From Psammoneis japonica (Eukaryota), in assembly GCA_008632985.1 (NCBI GenBank), contig QPGO01000279.1, forward strand, positions 1-64,000: a stretch of DNA of 64,000 nucleotides, read 5' to 3'. A program made the position numbers and the translations under genes. The notes below the pieces were generated by a model. That model had not been told where the DNA came from and did no database searches. It was given only the letters and a program-made list of their open reading frames with translations. Every line of letters begins with the position of its first letter. Position 1 is the first letter of the stretch. This document shows, in pieces, positions 36,275 through 51,400 of the stretch.

Positions 36275-38900
36275 AATTAGTTTCTTCTCTCGGTGAAGGG
36301 CCTCCCACTTGTTGTCCTTGTGTGATTCAACAAGGCATGCCGTGACAGCACTACACTCATCAGCAAAACCAGGGTCATCTGCCTTCAGTTGAGCAATCGA
36401 TGGGTCAATCGCATTGGTCGTCTGTGGTGGAATCAACGGGTGAGTAAAACATTTGCCATTGATGAGTTGACCATGCATCAGAACATCCTGACTCTTCCAT
36501 TGACAATGTTTTGCAGTGAATTGGCAAGTGCCAAGGTCATGGAACTTTTGGATGCACTCGGTGACGCAATCTTTTTGTTGACAAGGGTGGAGTGGAGAGC
36601 AGGGTGGTGGTGAGTCCGCATGCGGCCAAAACCCTCCTCAGTTTCTGCTGGGACATGCAGACAACCAATGCCATGGGGAACAGCCTTGGAACCCACAGCA
36701 GGAGCCATGTCCAGAGGACAAGGGAAATCATCAGAAAATTCCCGACAGGAGTGGATGAGGTCACGTTCTCCCATGCACGAAATGGAAGCACCAGCATCAA
36801 GTTGTGTGCAGCATTCGGATTTCTCAAAGTGCACTGCATTGACCTTGAAAGTGCCAAAATCGCAGTCGGAGGGGACTGGATGAGAGTCATGAAGAGACTC
36901 ACGCATGGTTGTGCACACTGCATTGATCCATGCAGTGTCATTGGTTCTGGAGTCACTGCACTCAATCGGAAAAGGGTCGTGATCATCTGCATTTACCCTC
37001 CCCTGATCCATGTCAGGAGATGCATTGTCCACATCGGGAGGAGCAGGAGTGTCCAAACAGTCATCATCAGGGACATGAGAGACATCAATTTCTTGATGAT
37101 TCAAAACGTCTTGAGAAGGAGAAAGAGGTTTGTGGTGGATGATGATGAGACTGGCAGCCCCTCTTTCACAATCGTCCCACCATCATCCACAAGCACTTGG
37201 CAAGGAGAAAAGGGGTGGCATCATAGATCCGAGATTAGCTGCGACGGCCCGATTGCAAATCTGGAGCAGGATTGGTGGAACCCTTGTCATTGGTTCTACC
37301 TGGCAACAGACCTTGTTTGTCCAGGAATGCGTTGTTGTGCATTGTTGCTTCCCTGTGGAGGAACTGACAAAAACCGGATGTGGAAGCCCTTGAGGCAAGG
37401 ATTGTTGTGGAGGACAGGACAGTCATCAAAAAGATGTTCATCACCACAGACAACACAATCCTTCGATGTGACCACACTTGGTGTTGCCTTGATCTTGAAA
37501 ACCGTAGCTGAGCAGGTGTGGTGCAGGAAACGGTCATCATCATTTGGGGGGACATCCAAGTCTGCAAGATCCGCACAAAGACTGTCACAGGTCTTTTCGT
37601 GTGGGATGGTGTTATCAGGAGGTGCATTGGAAGTATCCGCAGTCCGTGGATCAACCACATCAGCGGGTGGTGCAGAATTGTCCGCATCAAGCACATTGAC
37701 GGGTGCACTCAATCGGTGCTGCTGCTCATCATCCCAACGACAAGGGTTGGAATGCGGGCGATGGGATGTGCAAGGTTTGGGAATCGGAGACTGTGTGGGA
37801 CTGTCAGCTTGACTCAGAAAAGTTGTGAGCATCTCGACGATTTGCTCATCCGTGTGTTGTTGTTTCTTGGATTTTGATTTCCATTCCTCCCTGGTGACAC
37901 GGGACAGGAAAGCCACATGCTTCGTGTTGTTGATGAACACAGTCATCTCACATTCATCATCAAGAGAAGAGTCGGTGTCAAAGACACATGCACGCATCTG
38001 CATGAAGTCCTTTACGTGCAGATGATGCGCAGTCAAATCAAGGTCACCTTGCTTGGGACAGCTGTCAACCAGCATTGGGGCTTCATCATGGAAGGCAGGG
38101 TGGATCTCGAGTGAGATCTTCTTGAGGGCCTTGTGGCCATTGCCGCAACAACTAGCCACAATTTTGTGACACTTGCTTCCCTCAGGAAACATGTCAGATC
38201 GTGACAAGATCTTGTGGACAACATTCTGTGCTTGTTTGCAATGGACATGCATGCGTTGCGGTGGGTCGTCATCAGGATCGTTGCCAATGGTAAAGCCACG
38301 GTCACCACTGTGGTCGAGCCTGAAACACCATAAAGGGTGCATGTAGCAGTGCCCGAGTCATGGCAATGTCGCATGAATTGAGTGCACCATGCACGGATGC
38401 CTTGGGGAGAGTCTTTGAGGCATAAGTTTGGTTCACGGAGCAGCATTTTGTGGTCAGGTGTTGATGACATCACAAAAAGTGTTCTGTCAGCGAGCACCAG
38501 TCATTCAGCACAGTCAATGTGGCACATGTTTCCATGGTTGTGTTGTACAAGCGTGGTGGATGGCACATTCTTTCCAGCTTCCTTGCGGTCATGTCGTTCG
38601 TGAACATCGGACAGAAGGGTGGCTGGGTTGAAGAGGCATTTTGATGCAATGGACGTTGCAGTGCCTGCTGCAGGTGTACCTGATGGCTTGCCAGCACTGG
38701 AGTTGAGAGTTCCAATGGCTTTTACTGAGTCTTCAAGTTTGACCATCGTCGGAGCTGCCACAGCAGACGAGGTGGTCGATGTTGCAGCAGGGTTGAATGT
38801 TAACAGTGTCAAAGCAAATTCAGTCCAATCCAAAAAGTTTCCTTTCATGTCAGGAGCAAGGTGGATATGAGCTGTCGTGATGGTTGTGACGACTCTCACG
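36275..38900 (-). pseudogene. Copia-type gag-protease fragment of another family
   Basis: Zinc knuckle CVVCGDEHLFDDC; protease QLDAGASISC..HGIG..HHPAL..TLV. LTR-like non-coding sequence upstream (about 38940-39600). Confidence 0.65.
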
Positions 38901-39827
38901 TGTCCACGCGATGTAGACTTCGCGATCGCTCTATGAAGGGTTAAGGGTGTAAGACGTGTTTCACCCAGTTCAGTTGGAGTGAAGACCTTGAGAGCAGCTT
39001 TATTGATGACATCTCGAACTGCTTGTTCATTTGTAGGGTCTTGGGTAAAGGGTACGATGCTCTTCTAAATGACATGCTGCTCACGAAAAACGTCGAGAAA
39101 ATCAGACTTGGGGGACAGTGTATCCTGTGTCGTCAAAAAAATCGTCTAGAGCAGTTCAAGGATCGTGTCAGAATAAAGGTTGTTCAGGTTAGTGCTGACA
39201 TGTTTGTGCTGAGGATGATCTTGAAGGTAGAACTGCATTTCACCGAGAGTGGGCATGACACTCGGTTTCATCAGCATTTCGCTCATGGTGCAAGGCGGGA
39301 AAAAATCCTGGTCGTGCACGCGCAGAATCGTAGGATGTTTCTATGACAGAAAAATTTTGTCAAAGTTGAGCTCAAAAAGTTGTCGGACCAAAAATGGCGG
39401 TGCCGGCTTGTTGCAGCTCACAAAATGATCGAATGAAGAAAGAATCAACAGCACAGAGAAATTGTGACCAGCGCAAGGCCACAACCTGTCAGAGCACCAA
39501 AAGGATGGAGGTAAAAATGGGTCAAAGACTCCTTAAAGACCAGGACAGTGATGCAACACGTGCACCAGTAATCAAGAATGAGAGGATCTTGGATGGAGAT
39601 CCATGAGGCTATCTAAAAAGGGTCTGTCCAGAAATCGTACAGTGCAGTCTGTCCGCATGCCATCATCTGGCAGACTGACAGAGATTCATGATGAGCTTGG
39701 CTGCCTGTGCACTTGGTGCTCAAGCCCTCCACAGCACACAAGGAACCTCTTGTCAACCCCACTGGTCACACATTTGGAAGCCCAACTGCCACAAGTCAAC
39801 CAAATGGCCGATCCAGCCCAGTCACTG

Positions 39828-42800
39828 TGACAGAAATTGAAGATGACTGGGTGGAAGAAAAACAATAACTCCTTACTGCTGTCTAAATGGCAGATGAGTC
39901 TCCGTGCAGAGACCATCACAGGAGCCGAGAGACTGGTGTTGTTGACATCGCAACTGCTGTCATTATTCTTCTGAGCCGAGTGGCTCGAAAGCAAACTACA
40001 TCGCGCGGTGCACGCGGAACTAAGAGCACACATAATTATGTGTGATAAACTAAAATCTTGTTCAAATCCTGTCACTCCCCAGTTTGCTTGAGGGGTCAGC
40101 AGCAATAGATTCGAGGTCAGATTGGTTGAAAGCCTTGGGATCGAAGTTCTAAGTCATTAGAGGACGAAGGAGGTTCCAGACTTGGGAGTAACCCCAATGC
40201 TTGCTGAGGATGTCAGCTGGGTTGCAGGAGCCTTCAATGAAATGAAACTCTAGGAAACCGGAGGCAATCGCCTCACGTACACGATGGAACAAGAGGACAG
40301 TGAGTCGCTTGTGTAACTTGGAGTGTGGGATGGCAGCACTATCCACAACCAACTTGTTGTCCCCGAACATGCAACATGTTTCACGAATGGGGATGCCAAG
40401 GCAATGTAGGGTGATGCGCAGATCAATGATCTGCTCAACGCACGTCCTTGCGGCAACAAACTTGGATCCACACATGGCAGTCTCGACTGTTGCTTGCTTC
40501 ATAGAGAACCAATCAGCCAGAAACTTATTGAGGAAATGGAGGATGCCGGTGACAGAGCATCCAGTGAGCATGCAATGGAACAAGTTCGCATCAACGCAGT
40601 GTGTCGTGGTGACAAACTTGCCCAGTGGCTCAGGCGCATCTTGCGGGAGCAGCTCTTCTGCCTCCCCATACACAGACTGGGCCCAGTCATGTGCGGGCTT
40701 GGGAAGGTCTGAACAGTCGGGCTCCTCGGTGTGCACTCAGAGGGCACCATGACACATCTTGGAGAGGAATCCGCAGATGCATTTGGCATGGTCTAGGTGG
40801 CCTTGGCAGGGCGCTGCACGGAAGCTAGACAGGGACATGACAGCTGCAGCAATGTCAATGCAACCAAGAGATGTAGCCCATTGCAGGGAACCAATCAAGG
40901 ATTGGAATTGGTGGATGCCCTCCAGTTTGAGTAATTCGGAGGTGTCGAGCTCAGGGTGGTCTCCCTTGTCAAGGGGTGAAAGCACATCAGTGCAGTGCTT
41001 CTCCCAAAAGAGGCGCATGCAGTTGTCAACCATGTGCTCAACGCACTTGCAAGGAGCAAGACACAGGGTGCCATCTGGATCACAGGTGAAGTTGCAACCA
41101 AGATGGAACTCCAATGGTCCAGTGCCCTTGAACTTAACTTGCATTTCTCCATGAGAGTGTCTGCGAAAGCTTGTGGGTCCTTTCATGGCAAAGACCAGGT
41201 CGTCCACATACACTGCCACGTGTTTGCAGTGGTCACCATTCCTACGCAGCCAGATGTTGGGTTTGGCTTTGCACAGGAAGAAACCCTTGGCATGCAAGCA
41301 ATTGGCAAAGCATTCATGCCATCTGAGGCCGGAGCTGCGGAGTCCGTACAAGGCCTTGTGGATGACAAGGATGTGTCCTTCTAGTTCACCAAATTCGGGG
41401 CCTGCCATGATGTGCAGTTTCTCCTTGGTCGCAGCTTTGAGACAGGCATTCCCAATGTCAGTGGCCCAAGTCTCTAGCTTGTTGAGTTCAGCTGGGAAGA
41501 TCAACATTCGCAGGCCACAAAGAGACACTGCTCCGGAATGGACACTGTCGATGGGTACGTCTGTGAGGTGTCCATCGGCAACAAGCCTTGCTTTGTGCCG
41601 TCCATCATGTTTGATGTCGTAGACAAGATGCACTGGGATCTTCTTGTGTCCTGATGGAGCGCTGGAATCCTTGCAATGTCTGCAGTCATGGAAAACCTCG
41701 TGCTCACCAAGCCGAGTCATCTCGAGGTCTGTTGCATCTCCCCACTTGCGGTTGCCATTGCACTCATTGAGGGCCAAGGCATGCTTGTAGTTCCAAGGTA
41801 CTTCATGCCCATGCTTGCATTGTGGCACAGCACGAAAGGAGCGTAACTTGGCTTGATTGGCCATGCAGAATAGCTTCTTCTGATGCAGGGCTATCTTGGG
41901 GAAACGTCTCCATCCTTTGGTTTCAAAGAGGCGGTGCTCACGTGCACAGATGGCACAGGTGACGGGATTGTCCTTGGCAATGATGGCAAGGGGTTCGGAC
42001 ATGATCTCCCCATTCTCCCATTCAAGTGTGACATTGTAGCTTGAGCCATTCCAAGAGGGATCATGGGGTCGCAATGGTCCTTCATGCGATGCAATGTGTC
42101 AGAACTTCCAGAGGGTGGTGTCCTTGTTTTCTTGCTCGATGTGGTGCATGATGTCGTTCCAGGCCAGGACTTCCTCATATTCATCATTGTTGATGGAGCA
42201 AATGAACTTGACCAGTTCAGGATTGTCTCCAATTTTCCAGTCATGGTCCTCAATGGCTTTGACAATGCGGGCTCTGTGGTGTTGTCCGTCCTCTTGTGGC
42301 TTCATGAGGAAGGTGAGTCCGATGATGTCCTCAGGGTCAAAGACCGGCATTTTGGGCATCTTGATCACCTCCCCATCTGGTGAATCTGGCCAACACTTGG
42401 AGTCGTGGCGGGATTTAATGACGGGTTCAGCTGATTTCTCATCAGGAGGGTCAAGACGCAGGTTTGGGGTGGACAGGTCATGGGCGGAACGCAAGTTGGA
42501 GCGACAGAGAATCTTCTGAGTGTCATCAGATGGGACCTTGAATGTCATCTGATGGCCCACATGTTTGGCAATGCCAATGAAGCGACTGCATAACTCATGG
42601 GATTCGGACGGCCAGTCGGAATCATCGAGGTGGCAGCACATGGGTTCCCACCATTGAAAAGGAAGGAGCGGGCTGATGTCTGGGGTAGAGCCAGACAGCA
42701 CCTCTGTGGGAGCACACCAGTGAAGCTTGGCAGATGCCGTGTGGTTGAGCACAAAGTGCACGCACATCAGGGTGAGCAGCCATGTGCAAGCCAGAGACCT

Positions 42801-45215
42801 GAAGCAATCCATGATGGTGTTGGCCATGGTCTTCACAGTTTGGCAGCAATGTTCAGCAAAATTCTGATGCTGTTGGTGAGGCTTGCTTTGCCAACTAGAG
42901 ATGAAGAGGGCACGAAGGATGCCAAGAACCTTGTTGCTGATTTCAACTTGAGCAAGGTTGCTGATGAGCTTGGATGGGGCACCATGATTACAAATGTTGT
43001 CTTCGAGCATGTTGACAAATTCCTTGTTGGTTTTGGTTCCGCACACGTCCATGACAAGGGATTCTGTGCTGCAGCAAACAGTGTCCTTCAGAAGAAAGCC
43101 AAAATGAGGGCAGAGTGACTCAAAATCTGGGTCCTTGGGATTGATCTCGCACTCGTGGCATTTGTAGAAAAAATCAGAGGTTGGGAGCAGGCGGTCATCA
43201 AGGATGGAGTCTGTGAGCATGGCATTGTTGACGACATGGCGGTGGCAATGGTTGCCAAACTCATCAAAGAGGTTGGCAGTGGGTCGTCTTGGAGGTCAGA
43301 CATGGCATCATGCCACGTCTCATCATTGGTGAACTGGTGGTTGAGGACAGATGGGTCCCAAGTGTCATCACCAGTGAGGACAACATGTGGCAAGGTGTCC
43401 CATTCAGCATCAGTGTGCAGACATGTGGTGATGTACGGAAGGCCGCCTTTGATGTCAATGGGGATGATGTGTCCATCAATGGTGGTGATGCACTGCAGAC
43501 CATTGGGGACCTTGATGGACCAATCGTTGACGTCATGCTTGCACCACTCAAGTTGACTGCAAGAGTGTGTGGTCTTGCCCTTCCCAGTGCAGGTGCACTG
43601 GTGAAGAATGGCGATGATGGGTCTGCGTTGCATGTGGATGACACCGCTGGCTGTGACAATGGGAATGTTGACAAGTTGATGGTCGTCGATGCCTTGTACG
43701 TCAACCTGGTAACCAGTGCGGGCAATGACATGAACGTCATCACCGGCAACACCACTGTTTGTGCCATGATCCACAAGAGCACCCTTTCAAGTCAAGGTGT
43801 GGTTTGAGGCAGAGTGGATGACATTGTGATTGTTGACACGATGGTGTTTGTGACCCTTGATCTCAATGACAGTGTCGGCATTGCAGAAAGACACAGATTG
43901 GTTGGGTTTCTCGTCAAAGTGGACAGAATTTGCAGATCCGGGGCATCTTGCCAGAGGGGGTGGAAGGAGGCTGTTCAGGTGCCAGCAGACATTGCAAGTC
44001 ACCAGGTGGCAAGGGTTTGCACCTGGTGAGATGAGCCAGGATGGGGTTAGCACCAGCTGAGTTGGCTGCAGCATCGGGTGGTTCAGGGGCCAACATAAGA
44101 TCATGGGTGTTGGCTGACAAGTTGACTTTGCCAATGCTGTCAAGATGGAGGTCGTGCAGGTTGACTGTCATCAAGTCATGACAGTTGCCAGCATGGGCAG
44201 TGCATGAGCCAAGGATGATGACCTTGGTGGACTGAGGCAAGGTGTCCCAGATGTGCTGGTGGTCAGGCGGAATGCAACGCCATTGTTCCCTGGTGAGGGA
44301 GGTGCCACGAGTCTGTGCAGCACAGGCTTAAATGATGGCAATGTTGCTGTTGATGTCAAAGAACATGTCATCATCAGGGTCATTGGGAGCCAGGTCATGT
44401 TTGTAGATGGCGCTGCATGGAGTGCGTGGAGCCGTCTTGGGGGTGAACACACTGTTGTGCTGTGCCGCTGCAGAAAGCAGGAGCCCACAGTGCTGTTTGC
44501 ACGAAAGGCCTCTACCATTCTGTGTGCAAAATTGATTGGCTTGATTCTTTACTGAACGAAGTTCTTCAACAGGATGAATGGCATTCTCAAGCATGACATG
44601 TTTCTGGCCAGCAAAGAAGTGGTCTGCGCTTGGAACAAGAGCCTTGTGCTTGCAAAGCTGGACCTGCCAGTGAAGTGTGAAGGCATGGGTGGATCCTTTC
44701 CAGGTGCCATCGCCAAGGCCAGCAGTGGTGAGACATGTGAGAAGGGTCGAGGACTCCAGGGATGTGTGAGCAGATGCAAGGGCGCACTTGGACAGGTCAC
44801 GATACACTGCTTGAGCATCAGAGGAGCCAACATGTTCATGAACAAGTGCCTTGCCTTTGTCATTCTGCAAGATGCATTCGAATGCAGCGAACATGTGCTT
44901 TTGTTGTTCATCAAACAGGGCCTTGTCCTCAGCTGTAGAGGGCTTGTACATTGGATCGAGAATGCAGTCGACATCCTGGGAGCGGGCCTGTGCGACAACA
45001 GAGGTGTGTCACGTGTGCCACTGTTTGTCTGACTTGAGAATCATGAAGGTGAGTGGACCACATTTGATTCCTCATTTAAAGTCATGCACGGGGTCACGTG
45101 GTTTTGGTGGCAATGAGCCAGGAGTGGGAGCAGATGGCACTGTGCCCATGGAGAGGGATGCCACATGCTCAGGACTAAGATGACAGTCAGTGAACTCCTC
45201 AAGTGTGAACAAGTG
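39828..45215 (-). mobile_element. Second CoDi-type Copia copy, 5'-truncated in gag; 3' LTR 39828-40074
   Basis: Colinear homology with 23750-29276. Retains YVDD, KALYG, VYDIKHDG. Deletion in the INT N-terminus. Confidence 0.93.
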
Positions 45216-45499
45216 GGGGTCTGTCTCTGTGTTGATGTCAAATTGATGCTCACTCTACATTGACATGACACAAGATGCAAACACCACCCAATCAACTCAA
45301 GATGATGCCCCAAATTAGCGCCAAATGTGACTCAACTTCCATGCAGAGATTCACCTGAGAATCCCGTGCAAAATTCAGCTGCATGTTTGCAGGCATGTCA
45401 AAAACACAAAAACCCCCTTTCTTCATTTAACTGACATGCAAATCCTAAAAATTGTGCATGGCATTCAAAAACAAAATTTTCTTGGGTCACTCAGCACTC

Positions 45500-48400
45500 A
45501 ATCCTGGGCCACTCACTTGTTGTTCATCACTTTGTCACTTGCTGTCATTGTCCTTGTGTTGATGCTTTGCTGGCTTCTCTAGGAGATCTTCATTGTGTCC
45601 ATTTTGCCAGCCAATCCTGGGAACCATTGTGTCTGAGAGGCTTCCCACTCTTCCTTCAGATTGCAATCCATGCATTTGTTTGCAAATTCTTCCATGATTG
45701 GATGCAACTTCTTCTCTCAACAGCGGACCAAGGCTTTTGGCAGAAACAGGCCCAAGATGCCACACAAGGTCTGCATGGCCCAAGCCAGTCAAGTGGCGCA
45801 CAAGCACCAACTTGATGTTGATGGTGTGTGCAACAGTGTCACTCCAGTGTCCAGCAGGAAGAGTCTTGGGCTCCAATGTTGTGATGTGTCCTTTCTCACA
45901 TCTGCATGAAATGGAGCACAGCAAACTGACTTCAGCAGCAGTGCAATTCTGCGCAAAATGGCATTGAACCCACCTGCATGTTTTCAACACCAGGATCTTC
46001 ATGGAACTTCCAACTGCCATGGCATTTCTTTCCATTGCCAACAGCAGCCAAACTCCAAACTGTGACAATGATGCCATCATGGCTGATGATGTCCTTGTTG
46101 GTCAAACCTCCCTTGAGCTTTCTTCCAAGCCAAAAGAGCGACCGTGCAAAGAGATCCTCACTCTTCATTTTGACATCTGTGGTCCAGAGGTGTCATGTGA
46201 GCCCATGATCCTTGTTGCGGCTCACCTTCAAGTTTTGCAGCAAATCTTGTTCACACACCACACAAGGATGTGAGAATCCCTGGTGACCACAACAACCAGA
46301 TTGCCAATGTCAATGTTGCTCAATGGGCATCCTCTCTTCAACATGACTGTCACTTCATGATCTCCAAGACTCACAGTGGTGAAAAATGTCTCAATGCCAA
46401 TTGCTTGTGTCACCTCATCCTTGCCAAAGTCCCACTTTGAGAAATCCACTTGTGCCCCCATGTTCAGAGCATTTTGGATTCAAACAAAATGGGCATGAAA
46501 CATCACTCCTGGAACAAATTGGTGATCGACACAGCAAATCTGGCTCACTGCATTGCCACTGCTTCTAAACATGCTCTGGTCGACAAATCCACCAAAATGT
46601 TTGTAGATGATCCAGGCAAATTCAAAACTAAGACAACACAGTTTTGGTTGGTGCCCACTTTGATTCGTGCTGACAACAATCAAATTGCACCCCCAATCAG
46701 GACAGTGTCTTACACCATTGAAGTTCAACAAGAAGATCAACACAAGGCAGTCAAAACTTTGCTGTGTGCATTCAACAAGTGGCCAAGACTTGTTGTGTGT
46801 CCCCCCCCCAGCATTTTATGATGCCGCAAAAATCCAGGCCCATCGCAACCAAGATTCTTTTGCAGTTCCGCTGTTGCACATTTCCCCCAACATGTTGTTT
46901 CATTTCAAGAACAACATCAAGGCCATTGGGAGTGTGAGCACAATTTTCCCTTCCAGTTCCACCACAGGTTGATGCAACATCCTTGTCAATCATGTTGATT
47001 TCAAAACAGCTTGGGTTGCAATCTCCACCACATGTGTGGTGAATCGCACCCCAACTCTCCCTGAAAAATCCCACCTGAATCTTTCCTTCCCAGATCCCCC
47101 AAGTCTCTGGTGCATTCAAGGAGCAGTCCAATGCCAGCAAATCCATCATGTCTGCTTGTGTCTGCAGTCTTGAATCCTTGACTTTCTCAGACATTTGTCC
47201 TTTGACTGACACACTCCAGCCTCCAGTTCCATTCATCCTCATCCGCAGACATCTTCAGTGGGGATTGATCACAACTTGAATGGCCCTCCGGGTTGAGGTG
47301 CTGCCCACGGCTCTCCGGTCCCCCCATGTCTTCACTCGAGCATCTTCTTTCATGCCATCAGCATTTGGACACACAGGACACCCTGGCATCCCTTCTTCCC
47401 AATGCTTGCACACTCAAGTGACCCAATCTTCTGCCAGCTCATCTCTCACCTCCACACAGATGGCAGAAGTGCAGAAGTCCATGTCCCAAATGCAAACAAG
47501 GATGGATCAAGCCTTGGAGGAGCTCTGGAAACAACATTCCCAGGAACTGGAGGCTTTGCACACCATGTTCTCTTAACAACATGCTCAAGACATGGAGAAC
47601 TTGCAGTCTCAGTGCTCTCAACAACTGTCAGGCATGAAAGAGAAAATGAGTCAGATTGTCCAATTGCCACAAGTGAGTCAACAACCTTTGTTTTTCATGA
47701 GAAAATGTCCCAACAACATGGAAACGCCCAGCCATTTGGTTGACCAGAGGAACAAGGATGTGGATTTTTAAAATGGGGTGACTTTGCCACCTCCACCCCC
47801 TCAAACCATCAGGTGCCTCCCCAACATCTCTTTGTCCACCAACGCTTCTCTTGCCCCTGCACATGTCTTTTGCTGAGTGTCCCACTGCAGAAGCTTTTCC
47901 TTCTGATCCAACCCCATTCCTTTGCATTGCTCCAAGCCCCAGTCTTCTTTTTGGAGGAGCGTGGCCCATTGTGAGCAATTTTTGTTTGTCAATGACACTT
48001 CTGTGCAAGCTTGGCAGTCCATTCTAGATGGCAGACATTGCAGTCTGTCAGCTGAACACCGCATTGCCTTTTCTCACCAATGAAAAATCGATTCAGTGAG
48101 AGACATTCTTCAACCAAAGTTAGTTTGCCACATGAGATTGTCAGTTTGCCATGCCAATGGTTGCAAATTTGACAAGCAAGGTGGAGATGTTTTTGAATGC
48201 TGTCAGATTGCCAATGAAATTCAGGCTGATGCAGCAGGTGTTTCTGAGGTCTGTTTGGATGCCACACAACATGATGTGTTGTCTGTGTGCAGGTGAACTG
48301 TTCACAATTTGATCAGTCAAGGCCATGCCACCTTTTCATGCAGCTCTGCACCTTTTGCTGCTTGCCACAAGCCCGGAGGCACAGCTCTTTTGTCTGGCAA

Positions 48401-51400
48401 CTCCATTTCCACCAGATGTTGTGGTCAAGAATTCAATCCATGACATGCAGGCTTCTTTGAAACCACAAGTGATGACACTCACTTGGAATCCATTGGTCCA
48501 ATGCTTGACAGCCAAGATGTTTTATCCGGGTCACAAGCCCTCCTTGATCTTGACACTTCTGATCACGAGTTGGCCAAGAAGCTTGACAGGGATCTTTTGC
48601 AGTTCTCCTTGGCAGCTGCTAAGAAGTGCGGGTTGCACCTTGAACCTGAGTGTTCCTCCATTAAACTTGCTCAACTTCAATGCAGAGTTTGTGTCCCAAG
48701 TCATGTCATCTCCATGATGCGCACCTGGATTGATCACATCAGCCATGTTCAAAACATGAGAAGCAAGACAGACAGTGCCTTTGCCATTCCAGAAACCTTT
48801 GAGGAGTGTCAGGCAGCCCTTCATGAAGCTCAGGCTGAATGTCAACAAGTGGCAGTAGCCAGTGCAGTGCACAGAGAATGTGACATGGCAGTGAAGATTG
48901 CAGCATTGGATCTGGAAGGCACTGAGGCCTCCAAACACAAGGCTGTGATCCTGCAAAACATTTAGAAGGCAGAAGAAATAAAATAATCAAAAAAATAATT
49001 TGATCAAAGCCGACAGCAATGTGAGAGTCAACAGTGTTCAAGCACCATGGAATCCAGCTGCCAATCCTAAAGAGTGCGGCAATTGGGTGACTGTTGATGC
49101 CCCACATGATGTTGCTGCTGCCCTTGGACTTTACAACTAGAAGCATTTTGGACAGGCTCAAGGTGCCCCTCCCACAGTCCCCCCCATCAGTGGATCTGGG
49201 GTGTGTTGGCAACACCATTTTTGCAGACCCAATCCTCAAAGGCAAGTGTGACACAACCCAACTCGACAAAGCAACTTCCCATTTTATTCACCATCTTAAG
49301 TGTTGATCCCCTGTGTCAGTTTCCTTTTTCCTCAATGAAGTAAAGCTGGTGGGAAAGATCAAATCTTGGAAAGAGTCTGCATCTGCTTCCATCAAGTCGG
49401 GGCTGCACTTGGGCCATTGGAAGGCCACGCACATGCAGACAAGGTTTGACCTGTTGAATTTTGCTCTTTGTTGGAGATGTTCTTGCAACTGCTGGAAAGA
49501 CATCATCAATGTCATGACATTGAAAGAGGCTGGAAACAATGAGATTCACCTGTTGCATGTCATGTGTACAAAGCCAACTTTCAACTAATTTCCAGCATCA
49601 CATGGCAATCATTGGTGCAGAATGTGGAGCAACGTAAGTTGCACAACCCTTGTGTGTGTGGCACCTGCCCATTCTTGAATGCAAATGCTCTGGTTTATCT
49701 TGAGGAATTGATGCTTGAAATCAGGAGTGGGGTTCCCAGGAAGACTGCCATTGACAGCAATGATGATTGCACCTCATGCTGCAATTGCAACATTCTGGCC
49801 TTAACTGCCATTGAGAGCTGCAGTCATGGAATGCCAAAGGAGGTCACCCAGACCACTGTCACCACCCTGCATCAGGTGCGACATTGGTTGAAAACTGCAA
49901 TTGGACTGTCCCTGACATCATGCTTGCACTCCGCTGAATTTCCCATTTATGGCACTGGACAGGGCAGTGGAAATTCACCCTTTTGTTGGAATCAAATTTG
50001 CAATGGCCTTTCTCATGTCTTTGACAAACATGCCCACAGCACGTTTTTTGAGTTCCCAAACTGCTCTGTGTCACTGCCAATCTACAACCAAGGATGTGTG
50101 GACAACATTTCAAACAAGCAAACCACTTCACCGCCCCCCCTCAACCTTCTGTGTTGGAAGTTGACCTCAAAATGCAGGAGGACAACCAGTTGTGGTGTGA
50201 CCTCCTTGGTGCAGTGGGTGACAAACTTGAACCACCAAAATGGCTGAAAATGTGTCAATTGCAACATTGTCAATGCATGCATGGAGATGAGGATCACCAT
50301 TGTTGGTAAAACACTGGTGGCCTGCAACTCAGCCATTGGCCCATTCCTTGCATGAGATTGTTGGACATTGCAAGGCTCTGGCGGGCACCCAGAAGACTCA
50401 TTGCAAGGTGCTCAAGCAGAAGAGTGATGATGTTGCATTGTTCTTTGGTTGTGTCCTCTTGATCATCATGAAGCACCTGTGCCCATTGTTTCATGTGTTG
50501 GTTGTCGTCTGTGACTTGCACTCTTCCAAGTGCACGTTTTGCCCCCAAAGAGCTGATTGAGGTGCAGCAAAAAGCCATGAGAGAATTGTTTTTGCAAAAT
50601 ACGGATGCAATTGGAACACCAAAAGGGATGTTCTCTTTGGTCCTCACACACTTGGTGGTGGAGGATGCAGGTCATTAAATGTTGAATGTTGGTTGTCATC
50701 TGTGACTTGCACTCTTCCAAGTGCACATTTCACCCCAAAAGAGCTGCTTGAGATGCAGCAAAAAGCCACGAGAATTGTTCTTGCAAAATGTGGATGCAAT
50801 TGGAACACCAAAAGGGATGTCCTCTTTGGTCCTTACACACTTGGTGGTGGAGGATGCAGGTCATTAGATGTCAAACAGGGTGTCAGTCAAGTGCTTCGAT
50901 TTCTCACTCACTGGCATGGCAAATTGGTCATCCTCAAGCTTTGTCTTGCATTGCAGTGTCTTGGATTCAGTTCCATCTTGGCACAGGCATCAGTTTCTTG
51001 AAGGACGTTCACTCCAAGCTGCCTCACTCTGAGCCCAAGTGGTTTGTGTCCCTTTGAGCATTTTCATCTGAAGTGAACCCATGGTTTGATTTGGAGGAAG
51101 CTGGTGTGCGTCCTCCACAATGTGACAACGATCAACACATCATGGACATGGCATTGGAATCTGGGATTTTCTCAGAGAGATTTGATGGGTGAATTGTTGC
51201 CAATTGCACCTCAATGTCCTTGCCATTTCTAACATCACATTGCCAGATGGTTGTTTTCTTGATTGACACAAATTTCTAGGCCAGCAATCACTCCTGAGCA
51301 ACCAATCTACTTTGAACCCAGCAGAACAGGCTCTCCCATCTACTTGAGCTTGGAAACAATGGCAGTGAGCCTGCAAGCTGTCACACAGCAGTGACACTTT

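Noticed and set aside
24101..38342. Long alternative-frame and antisense ORFs as real genes
   Set aside because: They overlap recognisable TE pol/gag frames and show no motifs.
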